Shown here one piece after another: positions 11,526 through 21,468 of a stretch of 64,000 nt of DNA (position 1 is the stretch's first letter; every line of letters begins with the position of its first letter). The notes under the pieces are model-generated. The model made no database searches and had not been told where the DNA came from. It saw nothing but the letters and a program-made list of their open reading frames with translations. This DNA comes from an uncultured Clostridia bacterium. Its GTDB lineage: Bacteria; Bacillota; Clostridia; Christensenellales; CAG-314. A program made the position numbers and the translations under genes. The stretch is from NCBI GenBank assembly GCA_947630455.1, contig CANRHP010000002.1:29544-93543 (forward strand), read 5' to 3'.

Positions 11526-12461
11526 TCAATAATATTCTACAATTTCAACCGGAATTTTAATTTTTTTCTCCGTCATAACGTGATCGTACATTTGCAGCAT
11601 TGAGTAAGCCGCAATGGCGCCCCAATGCTTACGCTCTGCTTTGGCAGTTACATAGGGAAAATCCGTCGGAGGTTTCAAACCGTCGAATCCCGCCAACAGC
11701 ACTTTGCCGTCCAATCCCTTGCGGTTCAGTTCATTGTGGATACCCATAGCTGTTTCATCGTTTGCGCAGACTATTGCATCGGGCAAAACGGACTTTTCCA
11801 ACAAAAACCGTGAGACGCTCACGCCGCCCTCGAAGGTGAAATCGCTTTGCAAAACTATAGTGTTTTTGCTTTGCAGGTGATTGTCCGCTAATGCCTGACA
11901 AAAACCCTCGTAACGGTTTTTACTTTCCACCGAGCTGTTTGGACCGCCTACAAATGCAAAGCTTTTTGCTCCGCGATTTATTATTGAAGTAGTCACATCG
12001 TAACCGCCCTTGTAGTTGTCCAGTGTTACGTTGACTGCGCCGTCAACATCGTCATCTCTATCCATCATAACAACCGGTATACGTCTGTTTATCAATTCCT
12101 TGATGTCATCGGTGGATACGTTGCTGTTAAGCACAAATAGACCGTCGAGCCATTTAAGACGTGTTATGTTTTCTCCTACGTATATCACAAGCTCGCAGTT
12201 GCTCACATTAAGCACGCTTTTCAACGTGCTTACTATTTCCGGATATATAATACCGCTTATCGAATGTAGGCACAGTGCCAATTGCCGTTGATAGCCGTGG
12301 TTGTGCTTGCGGCCGCTTTTGCCCGTGTAGCCCAACTCCTGAGCCGCTGTCATTACGCGCTGTTTGGTTTCATTCGGTATACGCGGATCGTTGTTCAGCG
12401 CGTAACTTACGGTGGAAACGGCAACGTTAGCTTTTTGTGCTATATCCTTCAGTGTAATCAT
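11526..12461 (-). CDS. LacI family transcriptional regulator
   Basis: 311 aa. N-terminal HTH 'ITLKDIAQKANVAVSTVSYALNN' is followed by a periplasmic-binding-protein-like sugar-binding core. Confidence 0.93.
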   Translation of the reverse strand: MITLKDIAQKANVAVSTVSYALNNDPRIPNETKQRVMTAAQELGYTGKSGRKHNHGYQRQLALCLHSISGIIYPEIVSTLKSVLNVSNCELVIYVGENITRLKWLDGLFVLNSNVSTDDIKELINRRIPVVMMDRDDDVDGAVNVTLDNYKGGYDVTTSIINRGAKSFAFVGGPNSSVESKNRYEGFCQALADNHLQSKNTIVLQSDFTFEGGVSVSRFLLEKSVLPDAIVCANDETAMGIHNELNRKGLDGKVLLAGFDGLKPPTDFPYVTAKAERKHWGAIAAYSMLQMYDHVMTEKKIKIPVEIVEYY

Positions 12462-12636
12462 ACAATCACCTCTTTGTCAAGGTTGTAAATTGGTTTTTTT
12501 TGTTAATTTTGTTTAATATTGCAGTCTTACGACTTTTTTATCGTAATTATATCACTAATCCATTATTGTTGTCAAGATTTCGACAAAATCCACACAAATT
12601 CAATGAAATTTCAACAAATTAAACGTTCATACCGTC

Positions 12637-12664
12637 TTGACACCGCAATTTAGTATGGTAAACT
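12637..12664 (+). promoter_or_regulatory. Sigma-70-type promoter of the glycan operon
   Basis: TTGACA (12637-12642), a 16-nt spacer ending in TGg (extended -10), then TAAACT (12659-12664). The TTG the ORF track uses as a start codon is this -35 box. Confidence 0.5.
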
Positions 12665-12732
12665 TTAAATGTATGAATATGAAAAGTCAAATTCTGCCCT
12701 CGGGTAGTGAAATTGTTGAAATTGAGAAAGAA

Positions 12733-15081
12733 ATGTTAAATAGTAAATATGGCTACTTTTCCAAAGGGGGAAAAGAGTTTGTTATCACCAATCCATATAC
12801 TCCAAGACCTTGGATAAACGTCATAAGCAACGGAGACTATTCTATGATAGTTTCCCAAATGGGCGGCGGTTTTTCTTTTCGCGGCAATGCCGAACAAAAT
12901 CGTATTACTCGCTTGTATCAGGATATTGTCAAGGACAATTGGGGAAAGTATTTTTATATTAGAGACAAGCAAAGCGGACATTTTTGGAGTGCGGCGCTCA
13001 ATCCTGTCAAAAAGCATTTCGATAGTTACACTGTGCGTCACGGTTTAGGGTATTCCTCTTTTGTGCGTTCAACCGAGGGCGTCGAAAGTACTCTTACGGT
13101 TTTTGTCGCACGTGATAAATCCATGGAATATGCGCTGCTTACATTAAAAAACCTCACCGACGCACCGCGTACACTGGACGTGACGGGCTATTTCGAGTGG
13201 GCTTTGGGGATCGCCTATGACAATCACAGAGAGTTCCAGCGCTTATTTTACGATTTAAGCTACGATTCGCAACTGCAAGCAGTGGTAGCAAACAAATGCT
13301 TGTGGGGCTTTCCTGACAGCAAGGGACGCTACAACAATGACGACTACCCCTATACTGCGTTTTTTGCCAGCTCCGAAACGCCTTCGTCTTTTGACGGGGA
13401 CAAGGAGACATTTATCGGAATGTACCGCGATGAGGCAGAGCCCATTGCAATGCTGCAGGACAAGCTTGCGTGCACTTACGGAAGATATTGCGATCCAGTC
13501 GCCGCGCTTCGAGTGGATGTTGATCTTGCGCCAAGCGGCAGCAAAACACTGTGCTTTTCCATTGGACTTGCACAAAAGGACAAGGAAGATTACCGTGAGC
13601 TTGCGGCTTTGACGCGCGTAGATACCGCTCAGAGCGAGCTGCAGCGCGTTGTGGATTTTTGGACTGATTTGTGCGACAAAGAACACGTAGAAACTCCCGA
13701 TCCGGCATTTGATGTGATGACCAACTATTGGTGCAAATACCAAGCGCTGTCCTGTCGCATGTGGGCAAAAGCTGCCTACTATCAGATAAGCGGCGGTATA
13801 GGCTTCCGCGATCAATTGCAGGATAGTCTTGTGGCGTTGGAGACGGATCCGACAATTACGGAAAATCAAATTTTGCTGCATTCCACCAAACAATTCAGTC
13901 AAGGTGATGTGCTGCATTGGTGGCTTACCTACAACGGAGCCGGACCGCGCACAACCTGTTCGGACGACTTTTTGTGGTTGCCGTTTGCGGTTTTGTGCTA
14001 TATGGAAGAGGTTGGCAGCCGCGCCATTTTGGATAAAGTAACAAACTGGCTTGACGGCGGCAGCGCTACAATATACGAACATTGCAAGGCTGCGATCAAT
14101 CACAGTTTCGGTATGTTCAGTGAACGCGGTATTCCGCTTATGGGCGCGCACGATTGGAATGACGGTTTGTCGGCAGTCGGTCACGGCATGAAAGGGGAAA
14201 GCTTTTGGGTGGCGGAGTTTTTATACTACATTATCACTCGCTTTGCACCCATCGCTGCCGAACGCGGCGACAGTCAGTTTGGTAAATTGTTGATTGACAA
14301 GGCGGCAAAGCTCAAAATTGATTTCAATAAATACGGTTGGGACGGCGAGTGGTTTTTGCAAGCCACCAACGACTTGGGTGAAAAGCTGGGCAGCAAGGAC
14401 AACTCCGAGGGTAAAATATTCCTCAATCCCCAACTGTGGGCCGTAATAAGCGACATCACTACCGATGAGCGCAAGCAAAAAGCCATGAGCGCTGTGGAGA
14501 AATATTTATTAAAAGATTTCGGTGCCCTTTTGCTTACTCCCGAGTACTGTTCTCCCAACAGTGAAGTGGGCTACATTACCCGCTACGCTCCGGGACTTCG
14601 CGAAAACGGAGGCGTTTACACGCACGCGGCGACTTGGACGGTATGGGCGGCGGCTCTTATGGGTAAATCGGATATGGCTTACAAGGCGTACAGAGGTATT
14701 TGCCCTCCCAACAGAGGCGAGGATGCCGACGAATTCAAATCGGAACCTTACGCTCTTCCGGGCAACAGCGACGGACCCATTTCTCCCTATTTCGGCAAGG
14801 GCGGTTGGAGTTGGTATTCCGGCTCGGCGCAATGGCTGCATCGAGTTGCGGTAAACTGGATATTGGGAGTGCGCGCGACCTATGACGGACTTATTGTCGA
14901 TCCCTGTATCCCCGCAAATTGGCAGGGTTACCGTTACAAACGCAGCTTCCGCAATGCTCTCTACGACATTACGGTAAAGCGCACCGGTCAAAGGCAGCTT
15001 ACTGTAGACGGCAGGTTAACAAACGGCAGTATCCCCGATTTCGGTCAAGGAGAACATACTGTAGAATTAGAAATAGAGTAA
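12733..15081 (+). CDS. GH94 glycoside phosphorylase (cellobiose/chitobiose-phosphorylase-like architecture)
   Basis: N-terminus 'YGYFSKGGKEFVITNPYTPRPWINV', 'GIGFRDQLQDSL', catalytic-Asp region 'MGAHDWNDGLS', 'GYDGEWFLQATNDLGEKLGSKDNSEGKIF' and 'WILGVRATYDGLIVDPCIP'. All align by eye with cellobiose phosphorylases. The start is uncertain. ATG 12733 is chosen because family members start just before the 'YGYF..EYVIT' segment and because 12637 looks like a promoter. Confidence 0.88.
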   Translation: MLNSKYGYFSKGGKEFVITNPYTPRPWINVISNGDYSMIVSQMGGGFSFRGNAEQNRITRLYQDIVKDNWGKYFYIRDKQSGHFWSAALNPVKKHFDSYTVRHGLGYSSFVRSTEGVESTLTVFVARDKSMEYALLTLKNLTDAPRTLDVTGYFEWALGIAYDNHREFQRLFYDLSYDSQLQAVVANKCLWGFPDSKGRYNNDDYPYTAFFASSETPSSFDGDKETFIGMYRDEAEPIAMLQDKLACTYGRYCDPVAALRVDVDLAPSGSKTLCFSIGLAQKDKEDYRELAALTRVDTAQSELQRVVDFWTDLCDKEHVETPDPAFDVMTNYWCKYQALSCRMWAKAAYYQISGGIGFRDQLQDSLVALETDPTITENQILLHSTKQFSQGDVLHWWLTYNGAGPRTTCSDDFLWLPFAVLCYMEEVGSRAILDKVTNWLDGGSATIYEHCKAAINHSFGMFSERGIPLMGAHDWNDGLSAVGHGMKGESFWVAEFLYYIITRFAPIAAERGDSQFGKLLIDKAAKLKIDFNKYGWDGEWFLQATNDLGEKLGSKDNSEGKIFLNPQLWAVISDITTDERKQKAMSAVEKYLLKDFGALLLTPEYCSPNSEVGYITRYAPGLRENGGVYTHAATWTVWAAALMGKSDMAYKAYRGICPPNRGEDADEFKSEPYALPGNSDGPISPYFGKGGWSWYSGSAQWLHRVAVNWILGVRATYDGLIVDPCIPANWQGYRYKRSFRNALYDITVKRTGQRQLTVDGRLTNGSIPDFGQGEHTVELEIE

Positions 15082-15113
15082 CAAACAAGTACAAATAAAA
15101 TAGGAGGACAAAC

Positions 15114-16556
15114 ATGAAAAAATTAGCTATCGTATTGACGTTGGTTCTTGTGCTTGCGGCAACAGTAACGGTATTTGCCGCATGTGGCGAAGAGTACGAT
15201 CTCGTGTATGCCTGCTGGAACCTCGGTACCGATGCAGAGCCTACCGTTGAGGAGTATATGATCAGAGCTTTTGAGGAAGCTCACGACGTCAAGATCAAGC
15301 GCATGAATTATCCGTCCGGATATGATGACGCTATCAAGGCTGCGGTTGCCCGCGGTGACGCTCCCGATGTATTCATGATCAGCAACCTAAACTATGTTTT
15401 GAACAATGAATATGCATTGGATATCTCGCAGTATGCTCAAGCGGATGATGATTGGCAGGAAATACCTGCTTCACTCGAGCAATCCGCACACTACAAGAGC
15501 GGTATTTACGCTGTTCCTTTCGCTATGCATATGCAGGGCTTCTTTGTAAACGTGGATTTGCTCAAGAAAAACAACCTTACTGTTCCCGAGGATTTCACCT
15601 ACGAATGGCTTACTCAACAGGCATTCCCCAAAATCAAAACGATAGACGCGGAATCCCCCACGAAGGCAAAGGCGCTCAACTCCGAAGCTTCATTCTTTGA
15701 ATGGTATCCTTCGGCAGCCAATTCCGAATACGGTATGTTCACCTGGGACGGCAGCGAATATCACCTCAACAGCGATGAATTTAAGACGGGTTTGGCGCAG
15801 GCCAAGGAAATTCGTCGTGCAGGATACTCTTACGATTCTCTTTCTCAGGAAGAGCGTGACGATGATTTCGGCGGTGCCGAAATAAATGCCGCTTTTAACC
15901 AGGGAAGGATCGCATTCCGCTACGGCTACAGCTTCGAGGCTCCGGATATGTTCAAAAATGTAAACAATGCATTTGAAATCCGTTTTGTCGGTATTCCGTA
16001 TGTTTCCGAATCCAAGAGTGAACACAAGCGTACCGAAAGATTTTCCATTCTGATCCCCGACTACACATCTATATACAAAGGAACCAAAAATCCCGAGCTT
16101 GCATTTGAATTCGCAAAGTGGATGGGCTACGGACCGGAAGGTATCACAAAGCGTATAGAGCTTGCGGCAGAAGGCGAAACCGCTGCGGACAGAGTTCCCA
16201 ACACACTGCCTATGACCACAGACCCAACAGTAGTGGAAAAGTACTTTGACGTCTATCCTGTTGATGGGGTCAAGGAAATGTATGACAAGCTTGACAACGC
16301 TGTGATGGAACCCACCAAGATTGTTCCGGGATATCAAGGTGCAAGATGGAACGCTACTACCGGTCAATCCGTAGTGATTATCGAAAACGGCGCGGAAACG
16401 ACGGTTCCCAACGCAAATATGGGACAGTTCTTGGACGCTTGCTGGAACGGTATCAGCGACGTCGAATATTCGGCGGCTCTTGCAGAATCCTGCAACACAT
16501 TGGCAAATAAGCAGTACGCAAATACTGTTGCCAAGTACGAAAACAAGTACAACTGA
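15114..16556 (+). CDS. ABC transporter sugar-binding lipoprotein (SBP 1)
   Basis: 480 aa. Lipoprotein signal 'LVLAATVTVFAAC|GEE'. AGGAGG RBS. Composition is typical of a family-1 extracellular solute-binding protein. Confidence 0.8.
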   Translation: MKKLAIVLTLVLVLAATVTVFAACGEEYDLVYACWNLGTDAEPTVEEYMIRAFEEAHDVKIKRMNYPSGYDDAIKAAVARGDAPDVFMISNLNYVLNNEYALDISQYAQADDDWQEIPASLEQSAHYKSGIYAVPFAMHMQGFFVNVDLLKKNNLTVPEDFTYEWLTQQAFPKIKTIDAESPTKAKALNSEASFFEWYPSAANSEYGMFTWDGSEYHLNSDEFKTGLAQAKEIRRAGYSYDSLSQEERDDDFGGAEINAAFNQGRIAFRYGYSFEAPDMFKNVNNAFEIRFVGIPYVSESKSEHKRTERFSILIPDYTSIYKGTKNPELAFEFAKWMGYGPEGITKRIELAAEGETAADRVPNTLPMTTDPTVVEKYFDVYPVDGVKEMYDKLDNAVMEPTKIVPGYQGARWNATTGQSVVIIENGAETTVPNANMGQFLDACWNGISDVEYSAALAESCNTLANKQYANTVAKYENKYN

Positions 16557-16564
16557 TATTTGAA

Positions 16565-16598
16565 CAATAGAGTCGTAAAAGCGATTACGGCTCTATTG
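16565..16598 (+). promoter_or_regulatory. Intercistronic stem-loop after the SBP gene
   Basis: A 14-bp stem 'caatagagtcgtaa'/'ttacggctctattg' (one G-U pair) with a 6-nt loop and no U-tract. Confidence 0.5.
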
Positions 16599-16656
16599 GT
16601 GTTGAATACTAACTTATCAACTATTATTGCAAATTGCAAAAAATAAGGAAAAAGCT

Positions 16657-19554
16657 ATGAAAAAAGCATTAGTCGTGATACTCGCCGTTGTGTTGACGTT
16701 GGCAATTGTCTTGTTAGTGGGTTGCCAAGGCGAGGCATACGATTTTTCCATTGCGAGCGCGGATTTTTCAGAGGTTGAGCAATCCGCAACCGACCAAAGG
16801 GTCAACGCCGTTTTAATTAAAACTAGCGGCGACAATGTGACGGAACCCTCCGATTTGTATGGGTACGATCACGGCGCCGTACGTTTGAATGAAGGCGATA
16901 CCGTTGAATATACCGTTACGTTGGACTCTGCCGACAAGCTGGCTATCTATGCGGACTGGTATATATTGCACAACGGGCTTTCCGACAGCGAGGTGGAAAT
17001 AACCGTAAACGGCGAAGTGGCGTCCGAACGTTCGGGATTGAAGGCTCTGTGGCGCAACCAATCCGAAAGCTTCAGCAAGGACAGCTATGGCAACGAAATC
17101 GTTCCCACGCAGCAAAAGATCGACCAATGGACTAAAGACGGTGCTCTCTACGAATATGACGCACTTACGGCAATAGCGCCTGTGTACAATTTCAAGGCGG
17201 GCGAAAATACCGTCATGTTTACGGTAATTACCGCAGGCGAGCTGTTGTTGGGAGATGTTTCTGTACGTGCCGAAAAGCTCCCTCAAAGCTATACGGAGTA
17301 CGCCAAGGCTCATCCTACTACCGCAGGCAGCGGCAATTGTACGGTGGAGGCTGAACATGTTTACAGCAAAAACAGTACCTCTGTCGTTCCCACCTATGCT
17401 GCAGATGTCAACGTGACGCCCTATGAAACTTATGTTTCTCCCCTCAACACGATGTCGGGAATGACATCTCCTACGCAAACGCTCACTTATGAGATTGACG
17501 TCAAAAAGACAGGGGTTTACAACATCGCTTTCAATTACAACAACGAAAACGCCAATCGCGTCACCTTCGCCAAGATAGAAATAGATGGGCAAACGCCTTT
17601 TAGAGAGTTGTTGCGTTATCCCTTCGTAAATGGGGACAACTACAATGTAGAGACGCTGAGCGACGGAACAAGCGGGGAGGCGTACGGTATATACCTAACG
17701 CAAGGTACACACTTGCTTTCGGTAAAGATCGACGGCAGCATGACCGCTAAGCATCTTGACGAGCTTTCCGAATCCATAGATGATCTCAACGGAATTTATC
17801 TCGATCTCAAAAAGATAGCGGGTACCATTCAGGACAACAACAGAGAATGGAACCCCGACAGCGACTATCCGGGAGTGGTGGACAGACTCAAAGAGATAAA
17901 CGCGCAGCTGTATGAGCTCAGCGATGTCTTACGTTCCATCAACGGCTCGGAAAATGTCAACTATCAAGCAATAATCTATTTTGAAGCGGCGATAAACGCC
18001 ATCGAGGGCTTGTTGGAGAAGCCGCAGTTTATAGCAAACAATTACGCGCAGCTATCCGAGGGCAGCGGCTCCATTGTACAAACGTTGGCAAACGCTCGCT
18101 CCGACATAGAGTCTACACCGCTAAATTTGGACAAAATTGTGGTCTATGCCGAGGGTGAGGACGCCGGCTTGACATATCGCAGCGGTTTCTACAGCTTTTG
18201 GGAAGGCGTCAAAAAATTCTTCCACAGCTTTGTAACCGATTACTCGGTCGTAAGTGCCGACGATGACACCATCGAAGTGTGGGTGGCGCGCAGCCGTCAG
18301 TATGTGGATCTTATGCAGCAGTTGATCGACGCGAGCGATTTTACATCCCGCACGGGATACAAGGTTCGTTTCTCGATACTCGCCGACGAGGGCAAGCTGA
18401 TATTGAGCAACGCTGCAAACATTTCTCCCAATGCGGTAATGGGAATATCCAACTGGCTGCCCTACGAAATGGGTATCAGAGATTTGACGGTAGATCTTAC
18501 AAGCTTTTCCGACTACGGCGATGTAATTTCCCGTTTCAGCAGCGGCGCGCTGATCTCACTGATAGCGGACGGACGCGGTTTGGCTCTGCCTGAAACGCAG
18601 GACTTCTACGTGATGTACTATCGCAAGGATGTTTTGGAACGCTACAACATTCCTCTTCCCGACACGTGGGACGATGTAATCAGAATATTACCTGAGCTGC
18701 AGCGCCTTGGACTAAACTTTTATGTGCCGCTCAGCAGTTCAACTTCCAGTAAGTCGATCATGACTACTGCTCCCTTCATCTATCAATATGGTGGCAACTT
18801 GTTCTCTGACGATGCAACGCGAACTACGATATCGGAAGAAAACAGTCTCAATGCCATCAAGCTGATGACGGAATTGTACACACTCTACGGACTGCCGCAG
18901 CAAATCAGCAACTTTTTCGACAACTTCCGCAACGGCAGTTTGCCGATAGGTATATCTACCTTTGATACCTACATACGTTTGTCGATGGCAGCGCCGGAAA
19001 TTTCCGGAAAGTGGGGAGTGGCTTTATCGCCGGGCGTTAAAAATTCCGAAGGCGTGGTAGAGCGTTGGCAGACAGGCAGCGCAACATCTATGACATTGAT
19101 GAAGAGCGGTGACGACAAAAAGGATAAGTCCGGTTGGGAGCTGCTCAAATGGTGGTCAAGCGCAGACATTCAAACGGAGTTTATGAACCGTTTGACGATG
19201 CTCTACGGCAAGGCTTACATTTGGAACAGCGCCAACCTCGAAGCATTCAACAATTCAGTTGCCTTTGCAAGCGCGGACAAAAAGATTATTCTCGAGCAAT
19301 GGGAGTGGCTGAGAGAGATTCCCAAAGTACCCGGATGGTACATGCTTGAACGTGAATTGAGCAATGCTTGGAACAACATTGTTATCAATGGACAAAACAC
19401 ACGTTCGGCAGTAGAGGATGCAGTCACAAAAATCGACAAGGAACTGATGCGTAAGCTGGAGGAATTCGGCTATGTACAGAACGGCAAGCTGGTCAAACAA
19501 TACAAACTGACCACACTCGAGGATATTGAAGCGCTTAAGCGCGGCAATAACTGA
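16657..19554 (+). CDS. 965-aa lipoprotein: two CBM6/35-like beta-sandwich modules, a helical region and a C-terminal solute-binding-protein domain
   Basis: Lipobox 'LLVGC|QGE'. Two segments have CBM-like signatures ('[24 protein letters not shown]...VEITVNGE' and 'CTVEAEHVY...[26 protein letters not shown]'). The C-terminal ~420 aa resembles a sugar SBP ('[20 protein letters not shown]...'). The domain calls come from pattern recognition only. Confidence 0.65.
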   Translation: MKKALVVILAVVLTLAIVLLVGCQGEAYDFSIASADFSEVEQSATDQRVNAVLIKTSGDNVTEPSDLYGYDHGAVRLNEGDTVEYTVTLDSADKLAIYADWYILHNGLSDSEVEITVNGEVASERSGLKALWRNQSESFSKDSYGNEIVPTQQKIDQWTKDGALYEYDALTAIAPVYNFKAGENTVMFTVITAGELLLGDVSVRAEKLPQSYTEYAKAHPTTAGSGNCTVEAEHVYSKNSTSVVPTYAADVNVTPYETYVSPLNTMSGMTSPTQTLTYEIDVKKTGVYNIAFNYNNENANRVTFAKIEIDGQTPFRELLRYPFVNGDNYNVETLSDGTSGEAYGIYLTQGTHLLSVKIDGSMTAKHLDELSESIDDLNGIYLDLKKIAGTIQDNNREWNPDSDYPGVVDRLKEINAQLYELSDVLRSINGSENVNYQAIIYFEAAINAIEGLLEKPQFIANNYAQLSEGSGSIVQTLANARSDIESTPLNLDKIVVYAEGEDAGLTYRSGFYSFWEGVKKFFHSFVTDYSVVSADDDTIEVWVARSRQYVDLMQQLIDASDFTSRTGYKVRFSILADEGKLILSNAANISPNAVMGISNWLPYEMGIRDLTVDLTSFSDYGDVISRFSSGALISLIADGRGLALPETQDFYVMYYRKDVLERYNIPLPDTWDDVIRILPELQRLGLNFYVPLSSSTSSKSIMTTAPFIYQYGGNLFSDDATRTTISEENSLNAIKLMTELYTLYGLPQQISNFFDNFRNGSLPIGISTFDTYIRLSMAAPEISGKWGVALSPGVKNSEGVVERWQTGSATSMTLMKSGDDKKDKSGWELLKWWSSADIQTEFMNRLTMLYGKAYIWNSANLEAFNNSVAFASADKKIILEQWEWLREIPKVPGWYMLERELSNAWNNIVINGQNTRSAVEDAVTKIDKELMRKLEEFGYVQNGKLVKQYKLTTLEDIEALKRGNN

Positions 19555-19570
19555 TTTTGGGAGATTAACT

Positions 19571-20536
19571 ATGACAGAAGTTACAATCGAAAAGAAACAG
19601 GCCGCGCGACTTCCATCGAGGCAGGAACTGAAAAAGAAGAGCAAAATAGGCGGCAAGCGAAGCGGATTTACCACTGCGTTGTTGATAACGCCGTACATTT
19701 TGTCCTTTGTAGTGTTCATCGTCTTGCCCGTAATAATCGCTATCGGTTTGTCCTTCACCGACTTTAACAGCATAAGCTCGCCGCATTTTGTGGGCTTCGG
19801 AAATTATATTCGGCTGCTGACAAGCGACGAAGAATTTATGCAAAAGGTTTTGCCCAACACCATTAAGTTTGCGCTTATTGCAGGACCGACGGGATATTTG
19901 CTTTCCTTTTTGCTTGCTTGGATGTTGGCGCAAATTCCCAAGCTGCCCCGTACGATATTGGCGTTGCTAATCTATTCTCCCTCGCTTACCGCGGGCGTTG
20001 CAATGCAGGTGGTGTGGACAACGATTTTCTCCGGTGACCCCAACGGTTACCTCAACGCCATTCTGCTCAAGTGGGGAGTGATTTCCGAGGCGATCCAATG
20101 GCTGCAAAGCGAGCAGTACCTGATGACGATCATGATCATAGTCACCGTTTGGTCAAGTATGGGCGTCGGATTTTTGGCAATGCTTTCCGGTATTCTTAAC
20201 ATCGACCCCGAGCTTTACGAAGCGGCGTATATGGACGGAATGAAAAACCGTGCACAGGAAATTTGGTACGTCACTTTGCCCTCCATGAAGCCGCAGCTGC
20301 TATTCGGTGCGGTCATGGCGGTGGTCAACACCTTCCAGGCAGGCGCGATAGGCGTGCAGTTGTCCGGCTCCAACCCGACGCCCAACTATGCAGGTCAGCT
20401 GATGGTCAACCACATTGAGGACTACGGTTACATTCGTTACGAAATGGGCTACGCTGCAGCGATAAGCGTTGTACTGCTGTTGCTTATCTATTTGTTAAGC
20501 AAGATCATACGTGCAATACTCACGGAAAAAGACTGA
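19571..20536 (+). CDS. Carbohydrate ABC transporter permease (MalF/UgpA-like), pair 1
   Basis: 321 aa from ATG 19571. Multi-pass membrane protein with EAA-loop region '[24 protein letters not shown]'. Confidence 0.88.
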   Translation: MTEVTIEKKQAARLPSRQELKKKSKIGGKRSGFTTALLITPYILSFVVFIVLPVIIAIGLSFTDFNSISSPHFVGFGNYIRLLTSDEEFMQKVLPNTIKFALIAGPTGYLLSFLLAWMLAQIPKLPRTILALLIYSPSLTAGVAMQVVWTTIFSGDPNGYLNAILLKWGVISEAIQWLQSEQYLMTIMIIVTVWSSMGVGFLAMLSGILNIDPELYEAAYMDGMKNRAQEIWYVTLPSMKPQLLFGAVMAVVNTFQAGAIGVQLSGSNPTPNYAGQLMVNHIEDYGYIRYEMGYAAAISVVLLLLIYLLSKIIRAILTEKD

Positions 20537-20551
20537 TAAGGAGGTTTTCAA

Positions 20552-21424
20552 ATGGCTTCATTTCAAGGTAAAAAGATAAATCCCAAGCACTTTCATATCA
20601 GTCAGCTTAAATTCTACATAATTTTGCTGCCGTTTGCCGTGTTTATGGTATTGCCTATTATTTACATCTTTACGACGGCATTCAAGCCGGCTGACGAGCT
20701 TTTCAAGTTTCCTCCCAGCTTTTTTGTAAAAAATCCAACCTGGGACAACTACAAGGCGTTGTTCGAATTGATGGCAGGCTCCTCTGTGCCGGCATCGAGA
20801 TATTTGTTCAACTCCGTCATAGTCACCGTGCTGACCGTAATAATAAGTATTTTCCTCGCCGTATCGGCGGGCTACGTGCTCAGTAAAAAGAATTTCAAGG
20901 GCAGAAACGTTCTGTTTGAAATCAATACCCTGGCGTTGATGTTTGTGCCAATTGCCGTGTCGATACCGCGCTTTATCATCATCGTCAATCTGGGGTTGGT
21001 GGACAGATTTATTGCCAACATTTTGCCAATTATCGCAATGCCCATAGGCGTATTTCTTTTAAAGCAGTTTGTCGATCAAATTCCCGACCCGCTTATAGAA
21101 GCCGCCAAAATGGACGGCGCAGGAGAGTGGACCATTCTGTTCAAGGTTATTATTCCAATGGTTCGTCCGGCTCTTGCAACGGTGGCGATACTGTCATTCC
21201 AGTCGGCATGGGGTAATGTTGAGGCGTCCACGTTGTATCTAAACAACGAAAGTCTCAAAACATTTGCCTACTACATCACGACCTTCTCATCCAGTAGCTC
21301 GTCTACTGTGACGCAAGGTATTACAGCGGCAAGCGCTTTGATTATGTTTTTGCCTAACCTTATCATTTTCATCTGTATGCAAAGCAAGGTTATGGACACC
21401 ATGGCGCATTCCGGTATCAAGTAA
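20552..21424 (+). CDS. Carbohydrate ABC transporter permease (MalG/UgpE-like), pair 1
   Basis: 290 aa. AAGGAGG RBS. EAA loop 'LIEAAKMDGAGEWTILFKVIIP'. Confidence 0.9.
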   Translation: MASFQGKKINPKHFHISQLKFYIILLPFAVFMVLPIIYIFTTAFKPADELFKFPPSFFVKNPTWDNYKALFELMAGSSVPASRYLFNSVIVTVLTVIISIFLAVSAGYVLSKKNFKGRNVLFEINTLALMFVPIAVSIPRFIIIVNLGLVDRFIANILPIIAMPIGVFLLKQFVDQIPDPLIEAAKMDGAGEWTILFKVIIPMVRPALATVAILSFQSAWGNVEASTLYLNNESLKTFAYYITTFSSSSSSTVTQGITAASALIMFLPNLIIFICMQSKVMDTMAHSGIK

Positions 21425-21468
21425 CGCAAAAGGCAAATTTACAAAAAGCAAGTTACGGAGGTTTCCTT

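Noticed and set aside
11061-11603. 180-aa plus-strand ORF and 83-aa minus-strand ORF (11237-11488) spanning the direct-repeat region
   Set aside because: Both overlap the GH3 start and/or the LacI stop. Their translations are Arg/Ala-rich and simply reflect the GC-rich repeats. They have no RBS.
12637-12732. The TTG at 12637 given by the ORF track as the start of the GH94 gene (814 aa)
   Set aside because: The TTG is the first triplet of a TTGACA box that has a properly spaced extended -10 element. Family members begin just before the 'YGYF..EFVIT' segment, so ATG 12733 is more plausible. The RBS there is weak, however, so the start remains uncertain.
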